Part shown: positions 46,361-54,777 of the stretch, in pieces
Position numbering within the stretch: the first letter of the stretch is position 1
Layout of the letters: every line of letters begins with the position of its first letter
Source of the DNA: Porticoccaceae bacterium
GTDB lineage: Bacteria; Pseudomonadota; Gammaproteobacteria; Pseudomonadales; Porticoccaceae
NCBI GenBank assembly: GCA_018663035.1
Contig: JABJEX010000013.1
Span: forward strand, 4,409-68,408
DNA: 64,000 nucleotides
Direction: 5' to 3'
Position numbers and translations under genes: made by a program
The notes under the pieces: model-generated
Told to the model about the DNA's origin: nothing
Databases searched by the model: none
The model's input: the letters and a program-made list of their open reading frames with translations, nothing else

Positions 46361-47182
46361 ATGAACAGTTCAACCAACCGCTCAACCAACGAGTTGTTTT
46401 TCCAGATAGTAGCACTGCTACTCGCGGTGATAATTGTCCACACCATCTTTGTCACTGTGGTGCGTCCCAACGCAGAGAGTACCATTCGCCAGCATGCCGA
46501 AATGGCTGCCGCTGGAGAGGACTACGTGGTGCCAAGATCATTTTTTATTGTCATTAAAGATCTTGAACAGGAAGCCTGTTTTATCCTGATGTTCTGGGCA
46601 CTGGCGATTATGGGCTACAAGACTCGCACCAGTATTCGTGAAAACAAAATGCTGCAAAAGCCACTAATCTCCATCGCTGAGGGTTCGCGAGTGCTACCAG
46701 AGGACGCAGCGCAGCTAGCTCGCCCATTGCAAGCATTACCCGAGGTAGAGCGCAGCTATCTGCTACCCCGCGCGCTGCAAACCGCTCTGACCAGATTTCA
46801 GGTTACAGCCAGCGTACAATTTGCTACCGAGGCAGTGACCAATGTCTGCGAAACTGAAAATGATCGGCTCGACTCTGAATTGTCCATGGTTCGCTACATA
46901 ACCTGGGCCATTCCCTCGATTGGATTTATTGGTACAGTGCGAGGTATTGGCGCGGCTCTGGGTCAGGCTCATGAAGCTATGCAAGGGAATATTGCTGGGG
47001 TTACTAGCAGCCTTGGAGTCGCCTTTAACTCAACATTTATCGCACTGCTAATCAGCATGGTGGTGATGTTCTTTATGTTTCAACTGCAACTTATTCAGGA
47101 ACGTCTGGTACTTGATTCTCAGGCTCACTGTGAAAATAACCTGCTGCGCTTTTTAAAGGCGCCCAAAGCGACGCAGTCCTAA
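46361..47182 (+). CDS. MotA/TolQ/ExbB proton-channel family protein
   Basis: AIPSIGFIGTVRGIG matches the TolQ/ExbB PxxGLxGTVxG motif, followed by LGVAFNSTFIALL. It carries extra N-terminal TM helices. Confidence 0.92.
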   Translation: MNSSTNRSTNELFFQIVALLLAVIIVHTIFVTVVRPNAESTIRQHAEMAAAGEDYVVPRSFFIVIKDLEQEACFILMFWALAIMGYKTRTSIRENKMLQKPLISIAEGSRVLPEDAAQLARPLQALPEVERSYLLPRALQTALTRFQVTASVQFATEAVTNVCETENDRLDSELSMVRYITWAIPSIGFIGTVRGIGAALGQAHEAMQGNIAGVTSSLGVAFNSTFIALLISMVVMFFMFQLQLIQERLVLDSQAHCENNLLRFLKAPKATQS

Positions 47183-48441
47183 TGACCACAGCTGTTTTAG
47201 ACCTCAATGATCAGAATCTGTTGATCCAGACAGAGGATGGTACCCTGTATGCAGAACCAGGCTTCGCTCAGCTGACCACCACAGGAATAGACACGGGTGA
47301 TCGTGCTAAAGACCGTGCCTGGAAAGAGCCACAACAGAGTTACAATGACTATTGGCGGCAACTGAATCAACTTCCACTGCCCAGCAGGCAGCCACTGGCT
47401 CGCCACCATGCAGATATCGCCTTTGCCCAGCTAAAGAGGCTATATGAGATCGCCGGCTCTCCAGAAGACCTTATTATTGCGGTACCAGGCAGTTTTTCCG
47501 ATCAACAATTATCCCTGCTGCTTGGTTTAGCCAGCGCCATACCCACTCGGGTAAAAGGCGTTATAGATAGTGCCCTTGCCTGCTGCCCGCAACAGCAAAC
47601 AACCCTTTTAGTAGAGCTACAGCTACAACAGGCAGTTATTAGTCTGATAGAAGAAAATCAGGGCATCAGAAGCATAAGCCAGCAAGAGGTGATACCAGAT
47701 CTTGGAATCTTGCATCTCTACAACGCCGCTGCTCGGCATATCAGTGAGCAACTTATCGCTGACTACCGCTATGACCCTTTGCACACCTCAATTGGCGAGC
47801 AGACAATTTATGATCAGCTACCAAATTGGTTAATGCAGCTGAGCTGGGCAGACGAGGTTTCATTCAATGTTCCCACAGCCCAGGGCGAGCTAAATTTGAT
47901 ACTTCGCAAACACCAGATTGCCGCACTATTTGAGGAACGTCTTGCCAGTTTAAATACCATTATCAAAAAACACCCTCAGGCCAACCTGTGTTTTTCTCAT
48001 GGTGCCGGTGTGATTCCCGCCCTACTGCCACAGTTTTCTGAGGCACAGGTCTGCGCGCAGAACGCCGGCATAGAGCAGTGTTTTAGACTGCAAGCTCAGT
48101 TATCAGGGGAACAGCTGCAGCGCGTTAGCCAGATACAAATACTCGAGCACACCGGTGAGACGCCGACTACGACACCGCATCATGCGACCCATCTGTTGTA
48201 TCAGAACCATGCCTACCCTCTCGATCATCCGATTAGCATCCATATCAAAGAGAATCAGCTAAGCCTGATTAGCGCGATTGATAACCGCGCCGCCTGTGTA
48301 CTGATTTTAGAGGAGCAAAAATTGAAAGCTCTGCATCAGCAGAGCGACCTTGAGGTAAAAGTGCCCAGCGTCTGCCAGCCGGGAAAAATCGTCCAGATCG
48401 CAGAGCACAGCCTGCGGCTTATTGAGGTAAGCAATGCCTAA
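47182..48441 (+). CDS. Cytoplasmic protein with a degenerate Hsp70/actin-like domain and an FHA-like C-terminus
   Basis: LIIAVPGSFSDQQLSLLLGLA...VKGVIDSALA parallels the DnaK motif AVITVPAYFNDAQR...VKRIINEPTAA. The C-terminus QPGKIVQIAEHSLRLIEV parallels the end of FHA domains. Confidence 0.6.
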   Translation: MTTAVLDLNDQNLLIQTEDGTLYAEPGFAQLTTTGIDTGDRAKDRAWKEPQQSYNDYWRQLNQLPLPSRQPLARHHADIAFAQLKRLYEIAGSPEDLIIAVPGSFSDQQLSLLLGLASAIPTRVKGVIDSALACCPQQQTTLLVELQLQQAVISLIEENQGIRSISQQEVIPDLGILHLYNAAARHISEQLIADYRYDPLHTSIGEQTIYDQLPNWLMQLSWADEVSFNVPTAQGELNLILRKHQIAALFEERLASLNTIIKKHPQANLCFSHGAGVIPALLPQFSEAQVCAQNAGIEQCFRLQAQLSGEQLQRVSQIQILEHTGETPTTTPHHATHLLYQNHAYPLDHPISIHIKENQLSLISAIDNRAACVLILEEQKLKALHQQSDLEVKVPSVCQPGKIVQIAEHSLRLIEVSNA

Positions 48442-49489
48442 AAAGCGTCGCAATATAGCCTTCAGTCTTTCCTTTCTGGATATTATGGCCTGTGGCTTTG
48501 GTGCTGTGACATTGCTGTTTTTAATTCTTCGCCACAATGCTGCCGAGGTGGTTACCCCAGATCTGCGTATCGCTGCAGAGGTAGACATGCTGCAGATGGA
48601 TATTCGCCAAGCCGAGGAAGAGAGAGTTGAGCTGCTCAATAGCCTTCAAGAAATTCAACTCCAGTTGGTTGAGGCTCAGGGCCTCTCACAAAGAGTGATT
48701 ACCGATCTTCAGGAACAGGAAAACAGTATTCAAAACGACCCCAATGATCTGGACAGGCTTCGCCGTCAAGTGGAACGCCTCGAAGAAGAGACTGCGCAGA
48801 TGGAAGAGGTGGAGTTTGGTGACCGCGTGCGCGAATTTCAGGGCGATGGCAATCGCCAATACCTGACGGGACTAAAATTAGGTGGGGAACGGGTTCTTAT
48901 TTTGGTGGATGGCTCCGCTAGTATGCTAGCAGATACAGTGGTCAATGCTGTGCGACGACGCAATATGGAGGACAGCCAAAAACAGCAGTCTGCAAAATGG
49001 CAGTGGACATTGCGGACGCTGGAATGGCTGCTCGCTCAACTACCGCCCAGCAGCCGCTTTCAAGTCTATGTATTTAATACGCAGGCACGGCCCGCTCTTG
49101 AAGGAACAGAGGGTGAGTGGCTGGACGCAGCAGATTCTCTTGCCCTAGAGCAGGTAGTTGCAGGTATCAAAGAATACTCTCCCGGTGAAGGCACCAGCCT
49201 GTTCAATGCCTTTACGGCTATTCGAGACTTTGAAGATAAACCGGATAACCTATTCCTGTTAACCGATGGACTGCCCACTCAGGGAAAAAGCCCGCCGAAA
49301 AAATATATGGTCAGTGGTAAACAACGCCGCAATCATTTTTCGACTGCCATCGATCTGCTGCCGAGGGGTCTACCTGTAAACACCATTTTGTTTCCCATGG
49401 AAGGTGATCCAGAGGCAGCAGCACTATTTTGGCAGACAGCATTAGATACCAATGGCGCGTTTATAGCGCCTTCAAGAGACTGGCCCTAG
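48434..49489 (+). CDS. ExbD/TolR-like anchored coiled-coil VWA protein 1
   Basis: Basic N-terminus, TM helix LSFLDIMACGFGAV (Asp16), a long coiled coil, and a VWA domain with MIDAS DGSAS and LLTDG. Confidence 0.85.
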   Translation: MPKKRRNIAFSLSFLDIMACGFGAVTLLFLILRHNAAEVVTPDLRIAAEVDMLQMDIRQAEEERVELLNSLQEIQLQLVEAQGLSQRVITDLQEQENSIQNDPNDLDRLRRQVERLEEETAQMEEVEFGDRVREFQGDGNRQYLTGLKLGGERVLILVDGSASMLADTVVNAVRRRNMEDSQKQQSAKWQWTLRTLEWLLAQLPPSSRFQVYVFNTQARPALEGTEGEWLDAADSLALEQVVAGIKEYSPGEGTSLFNAFTAIRDFEDKPDNLFLLTDGLPTQGKSPPKKYMVSGKQRRNHFSTAIDLLPRGLPVNTILFPMEGDPEAAALFWQTALDTNGAFIAPSRDWP

Positions 49490-49498
49490 GTTAATGCT

Positions 49499-50488
49499 AT
49501 GAAAAAACAACGTAGAGAACTTCAGGAAGCGAGCCTCTCATTTCTAGATGTCATTAGCTGTGGTTTTGGCGCCATAGTGCTGTTACTGGTAATCGCGAAA
49601 GTGGGTGACCCCTCAGCGCTAGAGGAGGCAGAAAAACAACTGCTTGGCTCAGTAAAGGACTATCAGGAAAAGCTCTTTGATATTCGTGGTGAGGCAGTGA
49701 TTCTCGATCGGCGTCTAAAATCCCGTCAGGAGCAGCTCTCAGATCTCAATGAGCGAATAGCCCGTCTCAAAGAAAAACTGGCCAGCGTTGCCAAACAATC
49801 CAACCAGCTGTCGCAATCCCAGTCACGAGAAAAAGAACAGCTACAGCTGGTGCTTCAGGTGCTCTCAGAAGAAATGCAGCGTCTGCTAGGGCCGGAATTT
49901 CAGCGCAAAAATCAGTTGATCGGCGGTATACCAGCAGACAGTGATTATATTATTTTTGTCATAGATACCTCAGGTAGCATGCAGGTAGCAGCCTGGGAAA
50001 AAGTAAAAAAGGAGATGCTCAATATTCTCGATATATACCCCGAGGTCAAGGGGCTTCAGGTGCTTAATGATATGGGCCAGTACATGTTCAGTGCAGAAGA
50101 AGGCCGCTGGATAGCAGACAGCCCTGGCATGAGAAAAAACATCATAGATCAGCTGACAAACTGGGCGCCCTTTAGTAACTCAAGCCCAGTGGAAGGAATC
50201 AATGCAGCTATTCGAACCTTTTACAAGCCGGGCCGTAAAATCAGTATCTATACCCTAGGTGATGATTTTCAGGGGCGTTCAATTCGCAAGGTAGTCAAAG
50301 CTGTTGACCAGTTAAATAAAGCCCATCGTGGCAGCGACCGACTAGTGCGCGTCCACGCTATTGGGTTCCCTGTGCACTTCCCCCCAGGGGGCACCCCAAG
50401 CGCATCGGCCGTTAAGTTCGCCGCATTGATGCGCGAACTAAGTTACAACAATGGAGGAACCTTTATCGGGTTAAATAGCCTTAACTAA
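49499..50488 (+). CDS. ExbD/TolR-like anchored coiled-coil VWA protein 2
   Basis: Basic N-terminus, TM helix LSFLDVISCGFGAI (Asp17), a long coiled coil, and a VWA domain with MIDAS DTSGS and TLGDD. Confidence 0.85.
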   Translation: MKKQRRELQEASLSFLDVISCGFGAIVLLLVIAKVGDPSALEEAEKQLLGSVKDYQEKLFDIRGEAVILDRRLKSRQEQLSDLNERIARLKEKLASVAKQSNQLSQSQSREKEQLQLVLQVLSEEMQRLLGPEFQRKNQLIGGIPADSDYIIFVIDTSGSMQVAAWEKVKKEMLNILDIYPEVKGLQVLNDMGQYMFSAEEGRWIADSPGMRKNIIDQLTNWAPFSNSSPVEGINAAIRTFYKPGRKISIYTLGDDFQGRSIRKVVKAVDQLNKAHRGSDRLVRVHAIGFPVHFPPGGTPSASAVKFAALMRELSYNNGGTFIGLNSLN

Positions 50489-50501
50489 AGGGATATAAAC
50501 T

Positions 50502-51146
50502 ATGTTGAATATAAATAGACCTGACGGAAGCGGACAAAAAACCTCAATTAAAGTCCTTTTGGGCTTGGGTTTACTACTATTGCTGAGTGGCTGCAGCAGC
50601 TCCTCCTCGGTGACAGTAGATCAGGAATTTCCAACCGTGCTAGCTGTTCCCAAGCCGGTATCTGCCAGCATCGTCTTCGACGAAAGCTTCAGCACCTATC
50701 TTGCTCAGCCCAATGAAAAAACACAGATTGCTCTGGGGACTGCTCAGGTAAAACTGTTGCGCAACGCCTTTACCGGCCTCTTTGAAGAAGTCGAGTTTGT
50801 CAGCAGCAAAGAACAGATCACTAGTACCAATGGCCTTGTGATTATCCCCTCGGTGAGAGAGGTACAGGTCTCGACCCCATCAGACAATTATCTCAATGTA
50901 TTTGAAGTCTGGATCAAATATAACTTAGACATTGAAACCGCTGATGGCGAGACAATAGATAGCTGGTTTATGCCGGCCTATGGCAAAACCCCCGATGCGT
51001 TTATGGCCTCGAAATCAAGTGCCATTGAAGACGCCGCAGTCATTGCTCTTCGGGATGCTGGCGCCAAGTTGATGCTGGACTTTTATCGTATTCCTGCAAT
51101 TTACGGCTGGATGATGGAACAGCAAATATTGGAGGACTCAAAATGA
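50502..51146 (+). CDS. Uncharacterised lipoprotein
   Basis: Lipobox LSGC; 214 aa; translationally coupled to the next gene. Confidence 0.75.
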   Translation: MLNINRPDGSGQKTSIKVLLGLGLLLLLSGCSSSSSVTVDQEFPTVLAVPKPVSASIVFDESFSTYLAQPNEKTQIALGTAQVKLLRNAFTGLFEEVEFVSSKEQITSTNGLVIIPSVREVQVSTPSDNYLNVFEVWIKYNLDIETADGETIDSWFMPAYGKTPDAFMASKSSAIEDAAVIALRDAGAKLMLDFYRIPAIYGWMMEQQILEDSK

Positions 51147-51805
51147 ATACTCTGACCAAATTCACTGGTATTGGCCTATTTTTAATTGTTTTAAGTGGCT
51201 GTACAGCCACCACCACTATTGATGAGTATCGTCCATCGACTGAAGCCATAGACCTCAATAGTGACGAAAAAGTCGTTATTCTCGGCCGTCGTGATGCAGG
51301 CCACTACGAAACTGACCGAGAATTTATTCAATGTGTTGCCGGAAAAATGAAAGGTGCTGATATTTCAGTACTGCCCGAACAGACTTTTATTGATTCTATT
51401 TACCCCTGGTTTGAACCACGTACTGCGCCCAAGGGCCTGCCCAGACTCAAGCGTCTGATGCAAGACCCCAGTGTTAAAGCCCAGGTTGACCGGCAGTCAG
51501 TGCGCTATTTGGTATGGTTAGATGGTTCCACGGAAACTCTGGATCAGGGTGGCTCTATCAGCTGTGCTGTCGGCCCCGGTGGTGGTGGCTGCTTCGGCTT
51601 CGCCCAGTGGGACAAACTCTCAGTGTACGAAGCCATAGTCTGGGATATGACCAATCTTCAGGAAATGGGTCGACTTCGAGTGGACTCCGAAGGCACCTCT
51701 TATCTGATTGGTGCCGTAGCACCGATCCCCCTGCTAACACCCGTCAAGAGTGATGCCTGCTCCAGCTTGGGCAATCAGCTTAAATCATTTTTCTCGGCGC
51801 CTTAA
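51143..51805 (+). CDS. Uncharacterised Cys-containing lipoprotein
   Basis: Lipobox LSGC; contains ISCAVGPGGGGCFGF and two further Cys residues. Confidence 0.75.
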   Translation: MNTLTKFTGIGLFLIVLSGCTATTTIDEYRPSTEAIDLNSDEKVVILGRRDAGHYETDREFIQCVAGKMKGADISVLPEQTFIDSIYPWFEPRTAPKGLPRLKRLMQDPSVKAQVDRQSVRYLVWLDGSTETLDQGGSISCAVGPGGGGCFGFAQWDKLSVYEAIVWDMTNLQEMGRLRVDSEGTSYLIGAVAPIPLLTPVKSDACSSLGNQLKSFFSAP

Positions 51806-51810
51806 CTCTT

Positions 51811-53241
51811 ATGCCTTTACTGACTCAAACCTTTAAGCATCGCTGGTCGATAATCTTTATGGTCAGCTTACTAAGCCTGACTCCAGCGACTGCTCTGTCC
51901 GCAGTTAGCGGCGCTGACATCTACAAAGAGGTGCTAGAAAGCACCAATATTTATAAAGACGAAAAGCTACAGGCCTACATAGAAAGGCTCGGCAATGAAA
52001 TTGTCGCTCAATCAGAAATGGCTGGGGAGACCTTTATATTTACCCTGCTCGACTCGCCAGATCTCAATGCCTTTGCCACCAGAGATAACTATATCTACGT
52101 CAATCGCGGGCTGCTCAATTATGTCAGCAATGAGGCTCAGCTGGTTTCTGTACTTGCCCATGAGGTGGGCCATATCACTCGCAATCATGTGCGCGGACAG
52201 GAAGGCCAGGCTACGGGAGCGCAGATTCTCTCTACCATCGCTGCAGTGCTCTCTAATAGCTCAGAGGTATACGAGGCCGGCATGGCCTACGCCAACTCAT
52301 TGATACGAGGCCATGGCCGCCGCAACGAATTGGAGGCAGATGAAGCTGGTGCAGAATATATGGCCAAACTCGGATATGACCCCAACGAAATGCTGGGCAT
52401 GCTGTCAATAATGAAAGACTATGAGTCCCTGACAAAACAGCGCGCTAAATCCAAAGGTGCCAGCAAACAGACTTACCATGGGATTTTTTCTACGCATCCG
52501 CGCAATGACAGCCGTCTGCGTACCGTGGTCAGTAAAGCAAATGCCTTTAAATCTGAAATCACCAGGGATAATGGTGCCGCCAACTACAGAGCACTGACCG
52601 ACGGTCTAGTCTGGGGTGAAAACTTTCTTGCTAAGGAACAAAAACTGCAGCGCTTTTCAGATATGCGTCTGCGGGTACGCCTGGATTTTCCACCCGACTG
52701 GATCCAAGATAAGCCTGCTAGTGGGCTATTAGCCAGTGCCACAGCACCAGATAAAAAGGCTGACATGAGCATGCAGGTCATTGCCCGCACGGCTCAGAGC
52801 CCGGAAGAGTATCTCTACAACTATCTTAAAGTCTCGCAACTAAAAAATGGCACAGCCATAGCACCGGCGAGACTAAAGGGCTTTACCGGCATACTGCCCG
52901 GCCAAGAGGGTGATCCGGATACTCGAATCGCAGTAATTTATTACAAGTTGAATGCCTATTTGCTGAGTGGCACGGTTGAGGAGCCGACTAGCTTTAATGA
53001 TATTGATAAGAGCTTTATCGCCTCAATTAATACCTTTCGGCCGATTTCCAGTCGAGAAATTGCTGGCCAAAAACCTCAGACCGTTCGCTATGTAAAAGCC
53101 ACGGCCGCCACTACCTTTGAGGCACTGGCAAAGACCCTTAAACTGAGCAGCGCGGATGTTGAAGATCTGCGTATAATCAACGGCTACTACCCCAGTGGCG
53201 AGCCCGCCGCAGGCGAGTGGATTAAAATCTTTAAACGCTAG
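51811..53241 (+). CDS. M48-family zinc metalloprotease (BepA/YfgC-like) with a LysM-like C-terminus
   Basis: LNAFA, VLAHEVGH (HExxH), ELEAD and FSTHP motifs. The C-terminus TTFEALAK...LRIINGYYPSGEPAAGEWIKI is LysM-like. Confidence 0.9.
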   Translation: MPLLTQTFKHRWSIIFMVSLLSLTPATALSAVSGADIYKEVLESTNIYKDEKLQAYIERLGNEIVAQSEMAGETFIFTLLDSPDLNAFATRDNYIYVNRGLLNYVSNEAQLVSVLAHEVGHITRNHVRGQEGQATGAQILSTIAAVLSNSSEVYEAGMAYANSLIRGHGRRNELEADEAGAEYMAKLGYDPNEMLGMLSIMKDYESLTKQRAKSKGASKQTYHGIFSTHPRNDSRLRTVVSKANAFKSEITRDNGAANYRALTDGLVWGENFLAKEQKLQRFSDMRLRVRLDFPPDWIQDKPASGLLASATAPDKKADMSMQVIARTAQSPEEYLYNYLKVSQLKNGTAIAPARLKGFTGILPGQEGDPDTRIAVIYYKLNAYLLSGTVEEPTSFNDIDKSFIASINTFRPISSREIAGQKPQTVRYVKATAATTFEALAKTLKLSSADVEDLRIINGYYPSGEPAAGEWIKIFKR

Positions 53242-53254
53242 GTTTTAACATCAG

Positions 53255-54013
53255 ATGAAAATGTTAAATAGACTTTCTAGTCGGCGGTGGCTGCTGCTGA
53301 TAATTCTTTTGCTACCTATGCTGTTGGCAGTTTACTGGGTCATCAATCAGGAGAATTCAGCTAGCCAAAAAGACTGGGACGCAGATCGATACAACCTGCC
53401 GGATATCTCTGCACTGGAACAACGTATTGAGATTGAACTATTTGGTACTGAGCCAGAGGCGACCCGAGATATAGGTGCAGATATAGATATGCCGCTGGAT
53501 ATCCAGGCAATGGAAGCGAAGCTGGCAGGGCTAACCAAAAATGTTACCACTCTCCGCCAACCCAAAGAGCAGGAACTGCAGAGCTACTTTCAACGCCATG
53601 AGGCAAATTACCGGCGAGACTCGTATTTCAGTTTTCGACACATGCTATTTAGTACCGCGGCTTATGGCGGTCAGGCCTATGACAGGGCCGAGAGAGAATT
53701 GCTTGAGCTCAAGGCAGGCGCAGCAACAACATCCCAGCCTAGCTCTTTAAAAGACCAGTATTATGGAGTTTCCTCAAGCGAGATCGACCGAGATTTTGGC
53801 AACAATTTTTCGACTAAAATGATCGCTCTGAGTTTGGAGGGAGACCAGAGCAATGGCAGCCTACCCTGCTGGGCCGGCCCCATTACCTCAGCCTATGGTG
53901 CCCATCTAATCTGTATAGAGAAGTTGGTTTTGGGAGCAGTTCCAAGGTTGGAGGATGTGCGTGCTCAGGTAATCAACGATTGGCGCTACTGGATAAGCAC
54001 AGCAACCGATTAA
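53255..54013 (+). CDS. Membrane-anchored parvulin/PpiC-like protein (rotamase-like, probably divergent)
   Basis: TM anchor; ELQSYFQRH..Y...FSFRHMLF and WAGPITSAYGAHL...PRLEDVRAQVINDW motifs. Confidence 0.65.
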   Translation: MKMLNRLSSRRWLLLIILLLPMLLAVYWVINQENSASQKDWDADRYNLPDISALEQRIEIELFGTEPEATRDIGADIDMPLDIQAMEAKLAGLTKNVTTLRQPKEQELQSYFQRHEANYRRDSYFSFRHMLFSTAAYGGQAYDRAERELLELKAGAATTSQPSSLKDQYYGVSSSEIDRDFGNNFSTKMIALSLEGDQSNGSLPCWAGPITSAYGAHLICIEKLVLGAVPRLEDVRAQVINDWRYWISTATD

Positions 54014-54777
54014 GCCATAAGGTCCGCAAAGAATTTTTGCAAGCCCTCAGCCCCTGACTGCTCCCAGGTCTTGAGCGCCGCAGTACCCACAATCGCCAGA
54101 TCAGCAGAGCCTCGCAAAAAGTCCATATCCGCCTTGCTGCTGATACCAAAGCCCACACCAATAGGCACGTTGGTGTGCTGTTTACAGCGGTCGATCAACG
54201 CAATAACATCATCACCCATGTTGGTTTTAGAGCCAGTAACGCCTTTGCGGGCGACGGCATAAACCATTCCGCGGCTGGCGGCGCCCAACTGGGCTAGACG
54301 CCTATCGCTACTAGTGGGCGTCATTAAAATTACTGGTTCTATACCAGCCTCTGCGGACAGACTGTGCAGGTTGGCCGACTCTTCAATAGGAAGATCTGGC
54401 AGAATATAGCCCACACCCCCCGCCTCTTTTAGGCGCTGAACAAATACATCTTCGCCCATTTTAAACACAGTATTGTAGTAACCCATCATCAAGACTTTGA
54501 ACGGAAAACGGGCACTGACCAAGGCCATAAACTCAAAACATTGGTCCACTGTAGTGCCAGCCTTTAATGATTGCTCATTGGCACGAACAAAAAGTGGGCC
54601 ATCAGCACTGGGCTCGGAAAATGGGAACTGGAGTTCAACCAGGTCGACCCCAGCCTCAGCCATAATTTCAAGTTCCTGCAGATTTTCCTCAAAGGAAGGG
54701 TATCCACAGACAACGTGGGCCATTACCAGTAGGTCTTTGCTCTTTTTGCGCTCTGCTATAAAAGCTTCCAAGCCCAT
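54010..54777 (-). CDS. trpA: Tryptophan synthase alpha chain
   Basis: VELQFPFSEPSADGP (catalytic Glu and Asp), LMMGYYN, LPDLP, LMTPTS, VARKGVTG, VGFGIS and IVGTA motifs. Confidence 0.93.
   Translation of the reverse strand: MGLEAFIAERKKSKDLLVMAHVVCGYPSFEENLQELEIMAEAGVDLVELQFPFSEPSADGPLFVRANEQSLKAGTTVDQCFEFMALVSARFPFKVLMMGYYNTVFKMGEDVFVQRLKEAGGVGYILPDLPIEESANLHSLSAEAGIEPVILMTPTSSDRRLAQLGAASRGMVYAVARKGVTGSKTNMGDDVIALIDRCKQHTNVPIGVGFGISSKADMDFLRGSADLAIVGTAALKTWEQSGAEGLQKFFADLMA

Noticed and set aside
46361-50488. Zorya anti-phage system or ordinary ExbBD/TolQR/MotAB
   Set aside because: The channel lacks ZorA's very long cytoplasmic tail, the partners have VWA rather than OmpA-like or ExbD periplasmic domains, and there are no zorC/D/E, tolAB-pal, TBDR or flagellar genes in the operon.
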